Notes under the pieces: generated by a model
What the model was told of the DNA's origin: nothing
Database searches by the model: none
Seen by the model: only the letters and a program-made list of their open reading frames with translations
Part shown: piece by piece, positions 44,501-56,400 of the stretch
Numbering within the stretch: position 1 is the stretch's first letter
Layout of the letters: the number at the start of each line of letters is the position of its first letter
NCBI RefSeq assembly: GCF_006345805.1
Contig: NC_043002.1
Span: forward strand, 20,026,001 to 20,090,000
Origin: Octopus sinensis
Lineage: Eukaryota
Direction of reading: 5' to 3'
DNA: 64,000 bases
Made by a program: the position numbers and the translations under genes

Positions 44501-47500
44501 CTTTGAAGGATAATGATGAACATTCTCATGTGAACCTATTTTCAACATATAAACTGAAGAAATGCACAAACAATAAAGTACCAACGGTAGATTCGACCTA
44601 TGAATATGAACTTCCAAATCTTAACCACTTGATATTGTATAACTAAAGATAAGACAAAATATTTTGGTTAGCTACATAGCAATGACAACCACAATAATAA
44701 GTACAATACTTACTCCATACAAAGGACTAGTAAGCGTGAAGCTTTGTGAGCAGTTGTTCTCGTACCATGAATGAAACAAGCTTTCACCAAACTTAATAAT
44801 TCTTTCTTTACAGTAACAAGTACAGTACAGTCGGGAATCCTGTGAAGAACAAAGAAAATAAAATGTCAATCATCATAATTTAACAACCATAACTTAATCT
44901 GCTTTACAAAAATATTTTTCTCCATTTTGTTTCAGAGATATTTAGATGACAAAATTAGCAGAGGAGAAAAAAGGGTATTCTGAAAGTATATTTTGCATCA
45001 AAATTTACATATACACTATGTCGATTACATATAAAACAGGTTCTAAATATTGATATGTATGACATTATAGACAGAGGGTCAACATCAACAGAAAATATCC
45101 TATCCAGAAGAGACAAGAAGGAGTTCAAGTCAAAGAGGAGCCTGCACCAAAGAGTTATGTGGTTGCAGAAATAGCAGTCAAACACACTGGAAAATGTAGT
45201 CAAAGATACAAGATGGTGCAACTATTTTGTAGATGGTTGCAGCTGGAAAACTTTTGATCATAATTTTACTGGATCAGGACTACCAATCAGAAGTATGGAG
45301 TATAGGTAGCAACGTTGACGCACAGACAGTTCCTGATGCAAATATATTCCATCTAGAAAGATATAATTTAATCCATGCCTGCCCTTATCTATAAATTGTC
45401 CTTACTTTCGACTTGGATCATTCATCTGTACAGCTGTCACCCAACACAGGATATCAAGGGCAAGGTTCTCATGATGGTCTTCACTTGTATGGATATGATT
45501 CTGGTTTGGATTGGTCACTGCACAAAGGAGGTTCTCATGAAAATCGGCTGATTCGATCATCATATTCCGATGCCACCTGTTAAATGATTACAAAAGAACA
45601 AAAAGTGGATCAGGGTTCAAACAACTGTTATTGTTTTATGACATTTTATGACTTGGAAGTAAATCAGAGAGAGAGAGTAAAAAGAGAAAGTATAAGAGAG
45701 AGAAAGGCATGAGCATAGCAAAATATTTTACTCCAACAAAAAAAAAAAACAACACAAAAGACACCCCCCACACACACACACCCCCTGGAATTTTGCAGTC
45801 ATAGTCCAAGTCAATAACATTTCATCACCGCTATCCATTTTCTCAGGTCGGTATGAGTTGAATAGATCTAATGTCCAGGTCATTGCCATTTGTTTTAAGT
45901 CTTCCATCACTCCAGCTGTGTGGTCAAACATCTCAAGAACTGACCTCACACTATGTTATAAAATATTAAGTTTTCTTTACAGCTTTGAGAGATAGCAAGG
46001 CTAGTTATAGGGTTTCAATTTTATGGCACTTAACGATAATAATGATCTCATATTCTCTAGCAGCTAAAAGACCTGATATTCATAGACTTTTGCTGTGAGG
46101 AAAAAGAGAGGGTTAATGCTTTGGATAGGACCACAAAAGGGTCAGTTTGCAAAATTGAATCAATTATATTGCCTATTCAAGTCAAAGTAATTTATTCAAT
46201 TTGCGAACTATTTGTATTTATTGTTTGCCAACACAGAAAATCACTAGTTTAACTGGCTCTTAGTTTTCCTCTAGACTGCCAAGAGACAAGAATGAAATGT
46301 GCTGCAGAATTGAACCAAAGATCACATGGCTCATTGTTCAATACCATATTCACTTAAAAATACCTTTAACACACAAGTCAAAGACACCACCTCTACACAG
46401 TTACTTTATCTATAAGATAAGGCAACTGTGTAGAGGCTCGCAACTTTGTCATTAAATGAAGATTTTTATCAAATATTTCCATCTTCACTACAATGTTCAA
46501 AGAATAAAACACCTGATGACAACTGGAGATCAAACCAATAAAAGCAAAGTGTAGATACATTCTGTAAAATGTTCATCATTAAAAATAAATAGTCCAAATA
46601 AAGTTAATATAATATCTTATTAACTCTTCTCAGATATTTGAATCTTTCTGACAATTCAGACCATATCAAGAAAATAAAAACACTGCCTGCAGTGATCAGG
46701 AAGTCGAGGATATATTCATACAGAAACTATGGTAGGTGAGACTAGTCAAAAAGAACAAAAGCTTAGTCAAAACTTGAACTCTGAACGTTGGCACCAGTAA
46801 GTCAGCACCTTGAGTATATGGTCATCATTTAGCATAATAAATTGGATGAAAAGAAATCAATTTGACCATCAGAAAAGAAGTAACAAAAAGAACAAGAAAA
46901 TAATGTTGTGGGTCTCACCTTTCTTTTGGAACACGAGTCTTTTTAGTTTTCCGTACAGTGATAGATAGTTCTTGGATCCAGTCACAGCCTTGAATATTCT
47001 CCAGCTTCATTTTCGGAGCAGAAGACACTCGCTCAGTAGTGTTAAATCCTGGATATGGAATGTTATCAAATAAAGATTTGATGGATTTCACTTTCTGTTT
47101 GTCAAACATTGTTGTGTTGTTCAGAGTTGTGGATTTCTTTTTGTTTTCAGATGCCTAACAAAAGATAACACATTTAAACATATTACACTGAAAGACGAAG
47201 AAATTAATAAGTATTATATTCTTTTTCCAGATACAGTTGCAAAATTAAAATTCAACTTTCGTCTATTTTATTTGTGCATATATAGACATCTATGTATATC
47301 TATAAATGTGCTTGTTCATTTTATTTCATACTAGCATCATCATCGTTTAACGTCCATCTTCCATGCATGCATGGGTAGGATGGTTCACAGTTGAATGCCC
47401 TTCTTAACACCAACCACTCCGCCGAGCGGACGCAGTGCTTTTTACATGGCACTAGCACATGCAAGGTTACTTTTGGTATGATTTTTACAGCTGAATGCCC

Positions 47501-50500
47501 TTCCAAATGCCAACCACTTTATGGTGTGGACTGGATGTTATTTACATGGCACCAGCACTGGCAGGGTAACCAAGTAACTCGCAAGATATGGTTGGAAGTT
47601 TATAGATTGAGGTACTGTTTTACAGCCACATGCCCTTCAAGTTGCTAACCTTTATTTTTCAAGTAAGAGACTTTTCATAAAAATGGGTGTACATACATAC
47701 AAGTACATATGTATTCATGTATGTAAATACATATGCCTATACATTGCATGTACACTAAAACAAGGCCTCAAAAGGCACTTTTATGCTTGTGTATGTGTGT
47801 GATGTGCAACCTATTGGAGCATTTGTTTTTACAGAAGAATGACTTTCTAATTACTCTAAATTAATTGGCAACTGAGCAGAGAAAGTGTAAAGTTGACAGG
47901 ACCTGTTAGACAGGAGTCTTGTCATGGAAGCATCAATCTCTTCAGGACTGGTACTACAAGAAAATGCACTCAGTAGACTCCATAAAGTGGTTGGCAATAA
48001 GAAGGGCATCAAGTTGTAGACAGCAAACCAAAATGATAAGTATGGGTACCAGTCTATGAGAGTAATAGCACCCAATAAATGATTCAGATTAAGACAATTC
48101 ATCCAACCCATACCAGCATGGAAAGTGAAAGATGATTACAATAATTATTACCTGAGCTTTATCTGGAGAATCTTCTCCTTTGGTAAAGAATCCTTTAATG
48201 TGCAAAAGGAATGACCGAGATTTAGAGTTGAGCAGCTGGGGGCTGGTTAAGGTAACCAAGGCACTGCTACCTGACAAATCAAGACATGAAGACACCGGTA
48301 AAGGTCCACACAAAATTTCTGCATTGAGCATTTCTAAGAATAGGGGATCCAGCACATTATTCACTTCAGACTTTCCATTAAAGGTGGAATCATTCAAGAG
48401 ATTAGGCCTTGGGTGTAAGTTGAAATCAAGTTTTTGGTCCACTTCAACAACAAAGGGTTTAGGGTCTATTGTTACAGAAGACACATAGTCTGAAGACGTT
48501 GGATTTTGCGACGTAGCAGTAGATAAATTCAAACCATTTTTAGCACCGGTGGTGGTGGTTGGGGTGGGGGCTGTAGTGGAAGTGGAGGTGGTGGCTGTAG
48601 ACTCCTTCTCTGACAAGGTGGAAGTTGAAGTATCTGGGGCAGCAGGAGGCTGTTGTTTCCCTATGTTGCCTATGTTCTGTTTGAGGAGTGTCACTTGGAT
48701 ATTCGGAAGAGTGCTGTACATGTTCATGAGGAGGGTAAACTTGACGTCTATATGACCCACTGTACAAGGCCTTGGAAGGACTAGTTCAAACAAATGTTCA
48801 TCCCATGTATTGCTGCAGAAACAAAAGAAATGGAATAAGACAAACAAACAGACCATGTTTAATCTTAAAACATTAATCAACACGATGGACATAAACCACA
48901 AACCAAATTTAGTGACAAATCACAAACCTTGTTTCAGTTTAAATACTTTACAGCATATACATCGAACTGTATCAGTTTTATATATATTTGTTTCACTATT
49001 TTAGGTTTTCTTCCCTAAGCAGTATTTGGTTTGGGCCATTTTCAGATGTGCACCCTTATTAAAGCATTCAGTTTTTCATATGACTTTCCCTATTCATAAT
49101 CATTCAACCATTAAGAACAAGTGGAATTACTTAAGCAAACCGAATACAGTATCATGTGTACTAGCTAATGGAAACAATGATTGTGGTTAAGCTTAAACTC
49201 ATAAAAAAGGTAATCATTAGTTCATTGTATTTGCTACCAATGGTTGTTCCTTCATATCATCTTGCATATATTACTACTCCATTTACATAGATCCCTAACC
49301 AACCTACTCCACTATGACAAGGTTCTATATTTAGGATATGGCTATCACATATGAAGCTTCATCGAATTTTGCCCACACTGGGAGGAAAGAGAAATTAAAT
49401 AACAATATAAATAATGTGTTACCTTTCAGGCTGTAGTTTCCATGTTCGCGTGTGCTGTGTTGCTTCGCCTTGTTGCTGAAGATGTTGAGGGTGACGCCTC
49501 TGCTGCTGTTCCTGTTGTATTTCAGCCCAACATGGTGAAACTGTGGCACTGAACCGTGGCATGAGATTCTCAAACTCAGTTAGTGAGTGCAACCGCATTA
49601 GTTTCTCTGTTGTTAATGGTTCGGCAAAGAGGGATTCCTCAGCTGAAAGATTTTAAATCAGGATTAATAAAAGTTTTGAACCTCAGACAGTTTTTTAATT
49701 TTTTAAAAAATCAAGTTTACAAGAAGAACTATAGCATAATTGACTAAATTTTTAAAAAATTAGCTGGCTAAGACCAATAAGATAAAAAAAGCTTTCAATC
49801 CATGTACTTTCAACTTGGTACTCTATCACTCAACTCTCAACAACCAAAACCACCAAGCTGTACCCAAGCACTGTAGTATCATACAGCTCACTATTGTTGT
49901 TACTGAGAGAATCTGTACATCAGTCAGTTGTTTTAAAATTACACAGCTAGGTTCAGATCTCAAGTTAATTTGAAGTTTGATGGATAGAATGGTGGGAAAG
50001 AGAAACACACTTCTATGTATCTTACTTTAAATCTTCACCTGGAAATCTAGTCTCCAAATAGTACACACAATTTAGATAGTTATACATACAAGTAGTAAAT
50101 ATTTGGTTAAGTGTTCGGATACACTACTGCAAAACAAAATTGCAGAAAACCAAAAGTATTTCCAAAAACAATGCTAATTAATATCCAATTACTTACTGGC
50201 AGTCTGTTTGGTCTTTTGATGTTCATTAACTTCATCATTACCAGCATCAGCAGAGTCCAGATCACTCAATGCCTCTTTGTTGTTGAATATACCACAGTTG
50301 GACATTTCTAATATGGCAGGGTTTTGCTCAGACAGTTGATAGAAATGTAGCTTACCACCCATTGTGCATGCACACAACCGATCAAGTCCTATGTTTGGAG
50401 CCAATGACAAAAGAAAACGAAAGTAGAAAGGAAAAGTGGTTAATTCAAACTGAATAAGAAAATGAATACAGATATAAATCAAAATTTTGATGGACAAAGA

Positions 50501-53463
50501 AAAGTAGAGATCACCTTTCTCACAGAAATACAGCAGGCTGATAGATTGACAATTATCCTTTTAGTATTAAATACTGTTTTCTGAAAATAGCTATACTAAA
50601 TGTCTTGCTTAATTCGTCAATAGATAGTTGGCGGAGAGACAACTTACAAACAAGACAATTGTGTGGTATGGTGCAGAGTCCTGTTGCCAGACATAGGGTG
50701 TTCCAGCAGCCACCCTCTTGACTCAAGGCAGCACAACTTCCCCCAGGCACTTGATGTAGGCCTCAGTGTTGAATCTGAGGCCATGTAAGAATTGTCTGCA
50801 CATGTTTTAACCACTGTGAAAGGACTTGCATAGGACACAGTCTCTGCCCTTTTACCTTGGATTATATAATTTAATATAGTGATATCTGTCATGTGGGAGA
50901 CTGGGGTTCAATCCACTACCAGGCAGACATGATACTGTTCTGGCATTATGAAGGGCATCAGCCATAGAAAAACATGCCAAATCAGATGGAGTCTGGTGCA
51001 ACCTTCCAGCATGCCAGCCCAGTCCAAATTGTAAGCCTAGTACTTAATCTATTGGTCTCTCTTGCCGAACCGCTAAGTGACAGGGACATAAACACATCAG
51101 CATTGGTTGTCAAGCGATGTTGGGGGACAAACACAGACACACAAACATATACATATATATGACAAGCTTCTTTCAGTTTCTGTCTACCAAATCCACTCAC
51201 AATGCTTTGGTCGGCCCGAGGCTATAGAAGAAGACACTTGCCCAAGGTGCCACGCAGTGGGACTGAACCCAGAATCATGTGGTTGGTAAGCAAGCTATTT
51301 ACCACACAGCCACTCCTGGGCCTATGATATATAAACTAAAATTTAATTTCACAAAATCTGGGGACAACAGGATAACTCTAGATTTAAAATTGAAGTACCA
51401 AAATGACCTAAAAATACTTATTTGTTTCCTGTAACAAAATCTCTACTACTTAGAGTTATAGATCAACTTGATTCGGGTTCACTTGGAGCGAAACTACAAC
51501 AGAATACCATCAACAGAAGAAAAAGAGGAAAACCTCCTACCATCACATATTTATCATGTACAAATGCTTCCCCTTTCGCTATTAATTTGTTTGTTTATGT
51601 TGAAAGTATTATGGCAAATGTAAACATGAAAAACTATCTCAATAAAAAAAATAGTCACATAGACTACATGTGTCTTGATTATTTAAGATGCCATATGCAT
51701 GCAGGTGGCTGTAACAGTTTCAGTAAGTTCTAGCCTATCATATACAACAAGTAGATTGCAAAATCACAGCCAAAAACACATTTTACACGTTTGGTTAGAA
51801 ACCTCAAATTAATTCTTAAACAGTACTGAGAGTAGAAGACTGTAGCAGAGAACAACAAAGGAAATTGTGAGAAGTGTTAGGAACATATCAGGATTTTGGG
51901 CCTCATTGATGAAATAATGAAGGATAAAAACAAGAGGCAATTTGCTAAATTGCAAACCATTCAAACATGTTAAAATGATATCATCTCTCCAACAATAATA
52001 GAAGGAAAAAAACAAAACCAAAGAAAAAAGGTAAATTCAAAATGGAGGCAAACACAATATGATGGATATAGCCATAAATTTTTTGCACTCTTTTACTCTT
52101 TTTACTTGTTTCAGTTATTTGACTGCGGCCATGCTGGAGCATCGCCTTTAATCGAGCAACTCGACCCCGGGACTTATTCTTATGTAAGCCCAGTACTTAT
52201 TCTATCGGTCTATTTTGCCGAACTGCTAAGTAACGGGGACATAAACACACCAGCATCAGTTGTCAAGCAATGTTAGGGGGACAAACACAGACACACAAAC
52301 ATATACATATATATGACAAGCTTCTTTCAGTTTCTGTCTACCAAATCCACTCACAATGCTTTGGTCGGCCCGAGGCTATAGAAGAAGACACTTGCCCAAG
52401 GTGCCACGCAGTGGGACTGAACCCAGAATCATGTGGTTGGTAAGCAAGCTATTTACCACACAGCCACTCCTGGGCCTATGATATATAAACTAAAATTTAA
52501 TTTCACAAAATCTGGGGACAACAGGATAACTCTAGATTTAAAATTGAAGTACCAAAATGACCTAAAAATACTTATTTGTTTCCTGTAACAAAATCTCTAC
52601 TACTTAGAGTTATAGATCAACTTGATTCGGGTTCACTTGGAGCGAAACTACAACAGAATACCATCAACAGAAGAAAAAGAGGAAAACCTCCTACCATCAC
52701 ATATTCATCATGTACAAATGCTTCCCCTTTCGCTATTAATTTGTTTGTTTATGTTGAAAGTATTATGGCAAATGTAAACATGAAAAACTATCTCAATAAA
52801 AAAAATAGTCACATAGACTACATGTGTCTTGATTATTTAAGATGCCATATGCATGCAGGTGGCTGTAACAGTTTCAGTAAGTTCTAGCCTATCATATACA
52901 ACAAGTAGATTGCAAAATCACAGCCAAAAACACATTTTACACGTTTGGTTAGAAACCTCAAATTAATTCTTAAACAGTACTGAGAGTAGAAGACTGTAGC
53001 AGAGAACAACAAAGGAAATTGTGAGAAGTGTTAGGAACATATCAGGATTTTGGGCCTCATTGATGAAATAATGAAGGATAAAAACAAGAGGCAATTTGCT
53101 AAATTGCAAACCATTCAAACATGTTAAAATGATATCATCTCTCCAACAATAATAGAAGGAAAAAAACAAAACCAAAGAAAAAAGGTAAATTCAAAATGGA
53201 GGCAAACACAATATGATGGATATAGCCATAAATTTTTTGCACTCTTTTACTCTTTTTACTTGTTTCAGTTATTTGACTGCGGCCATGCTGGAGCATCGCC
53301 TTTAATCGAGCAACTCGACCCCGGGACTTATTCTTATGTAAGCCCAGTACTTATTCTATCGGTCTATTTTGCCGAACTGCTAAGTAACGGGGACATAAAC
53401 ACACCAGCATCAGTTGTCAAGCAATGTTAGGGGGACAAACACAGACACACAAACACACACACG

Positions 53464-53497
<34 letters not shown>

Positions 53498-56400
53498 CGA
53501 CGGGATTCTTTCAGTTTCCGTCTACCAAATCCACTCACAAGGCTTTGGTTGGCCTGAGGCTATAGTAGAAGACACTTGCCCAAGGTGCCACACAGTGGGA
53601 CTGAATGCGGAACCATGTAGTTGGTAAACAAGCTACTTACCACACAGCCACTCCTGCGCCTACTAATATAATCTTTAAAAATCTTTCCTCATTACTGTAG
53701 AAAATTAGGACCTCAAAAGAAATCTACTGTATTTGATGGTCCAAGATTCACAGGCATATCAGATGCACCCCATTTACATCACTGCATATTCAGCAACAAA
53801 GTTTTTAGACCATTAAAACAAGTAATATTCAAAGCAATCTAGACCCAACTTCACATATAGGAGATTGGGTGATTTTTTTTTTTTGAGACATTAAAAAAAA
53901 AAAAAAGTGCATCTCATCATCATTTCATGTCCATTTTCCATGCTGGCATGGGTTGGATGGTTTGAATGGCACAGGTTAAGGCCAGGGGCTGCACTAAGCT
54001 CAATTTTCTGATTTTGGCATAGTCTTGTGGATGCCCTTTCTAACACCAACCGCTCCACAGAGTGTACTGGGTACCAGCACAAGTGCTTTTCACACAGCAC
54101 CAGCACAGGTATCAATTCTACTGTGGTGGATGATGCCATCAAATACAATTTCTAAAAGCATAAAAAGGTTCACATGGTATTTTACCAAAAATATAAAAAT
54201 GGATGTTAAATGATGATGATGACAAAGAAATACTTTTGCAGATTTTCGCTGAAGACATAAAATGACAAAAAAAAGTATTGACTTCAAAGTTATATTCCAA
54301 ATATGCTCACTATTTTCTTAGCAAAACAATTTTCAACTGAGAGGTGTAAGATGATTAAATATACATACCTGTACAACAAGTAAGTGATGTAAATTTATCA
54401 CCTTCTTCAGGTTCAATCTGAGCCACAGACGTTAAAGTAGATAGGTCCCAGAGTTTTATGTGTCCATTGTATAAAACTGTACCAAAGAGTCCATGTGGTT
54501 CAGATGAACGAGAATGGTGGTTGTCTATGGAAGTTGAGTCTTCATCTTCTGCTTGGCCCATGAATTCATTGGGGATAACAGCTAAGTTAACCACTGACTC
54601 AAACACTGATGGTATTAGCAATGAGTTGACAGGAGTTTCTTCAATGCGAACATGTTCGTGGTCAAAGTTCAGTCTGTAGACAAGTATAGTGCCACTAGCT
54701 GGAGTGTCAGCCAGCAGTGAAATGTTGTTGCTATTGGTGGCTGTTTCAGCTGACTGTCCTTGCTTGTTGGGGTTGTTGGGGCTATTTGCCTTTGACAAAT
54801 TCTTGTTGTCAATGACAATAGAGAAACTATCACAGATATTAACAGGGGACAAAACAACAATCACATAAAGTCCATCAGTTGTCAGATTAATGGAGCTGAT
54901 CTTCAGAGTTTCAGACTGAAGGTTGCGTGGTAATTCCACACACTGCAGAATATGGCCATTGGGCAGCAATGGCTGTGTTTGTTTAAATAAATTGTCCATA
55001 CTTAGTGACTTGTTGGCTTCACTGATATCACTCATGCTTGAATTACTGTTGGACATTTTCGTATCCTCAAGGTTACTGTCCAATGTGGTTGTGTTAACCA
55101 ATGGCTTTGATCCTGATCCTTCTTCAACCAGCAGAGCATCAGTGTCTGGTACGCTGTCAAACATTGGATCAAGCATGCCCCAATCCTGCGTCATCGCAAT
55201 CGAACCTAATGTGGGCACAGATAGTTCATTGCCACTAGTTGATGGCTTGGAATTGTTGTCCTGTGGTTTTACACTGGGGGCCTTTTCATGCCAAATAGCA
55301 ACAACAATGATAAAGGGGAGAAATACCATCCGATCTAAAAGGGTCACATTATCACAATCATCCAAGAGATCGGGGATAATTTTTGGTGGTAAAGTGTCAC
55401 TACTGACCACCTCATTCACCTTGTTCATAAACTGGACATCTGGCTTCACAGGAAAGTCAGCATTCAACTCTGTTTCATGGTGTAACACATTACAGGAAGG
55501 TCTGGTTTTGCGCAAAGACACCCCACACACCAGACTAGGTTGTGAAAGATACTTGGTGGAGGCACGCACATTACATTCACCGCTATTTCCATTACTGCAT
55601 TCATTCCCCCCTCCTCCCTCACCAGCAGTCCCTCCTCCTTTTGATTCAATCATAAGATGGTCTGGCTTTTCCATCATGCACAAAGAATGGACCTTAATAT
55701 CCTGTGATGGTCTTGTTTGCTTCCAGCACTTTTGATCTAAAGCAGAAAAAAAAAAAGAAAAGAAAACAGGTTTGCTCATTAAAAGTTTTGTCACAAAAAA
55801 TGGCTACTTCCAATTATCCAACTAGCCATGAAATTTCCTAATATTATTGAGGGTAAAGAACATGAAAATATCAAGAGAAAATGGTGAAAATTTATTTGGA
55901 GGAAAAAAAAAAACAAAAACAAATTTCTCTTACAAAGTGATCCAGAAAAATGCTGATAGTATACTTCAAGAAAAACAGGGAGATAAACTTCATTTGCCAA
56001 TTATCTCAAAATTAACGATAAACTTACAACCATTTGTTTTATTCTTCAGCTGCAACAGAAAAGATATTTCCTTTGCTAAACAATATAAAAAGGTAAGAAA
56101 TTGTTCCCAGTTGAATATAGAAACAATAAAATGCCATATCACATGGAAAGACACTGTTTAAAAAACATGACACACACAAAATAAAAACTGCAAAAATGAA
56201 GGAAATTAAATTACATTCCAATGAAGGAAAAAAGATTTTAGTAAAATAATGGTTAATTATATAGTTAATTTGGTAAAATCTGAGACCCCTGCTTCACAGT
56301 GACCGTAAGAGTTGTGGTCGATGCCAGTGCTGCCTGATTGGTGCTGTACCGGTAGCATGTAAAAAGCACCGTTTGAGTGTGGTTGTTGCCAGTGCCACCT

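Noticed and set aside
45783-45950. 73-aa minus ORF (MAMTWTLDLFNSY) as an extra BIRC6 exon
   Set aside because: Exons w10 and w11 join correctly without it, there are no good splice sites, and it loosely resembles a LINE RT fragment.
51240-51323. tRNA-like A/B boxes (also ~52400, ~53580, ~59000, ~9190)
   Set aside because: SINE heads attached to SINE bodies; no complete cloverleaf.
51422-53175. Duplicated 103-aa and 70-aa ORFs resembling a tandem gene pair
   Set aside because: Chance ORFs with non-ATG starts inside the duplicated intronic unit; no motifs.
54923-55735. 270-aa plus-strand ORF
   Set aside because: Antisense shadow of exon w6: codon-aligned, ends at the exon boundary, no recognisable domain. 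The same applies to the + ORFs at 11528, 16233, 19368, 19890, 36744, 40398 and 48180.
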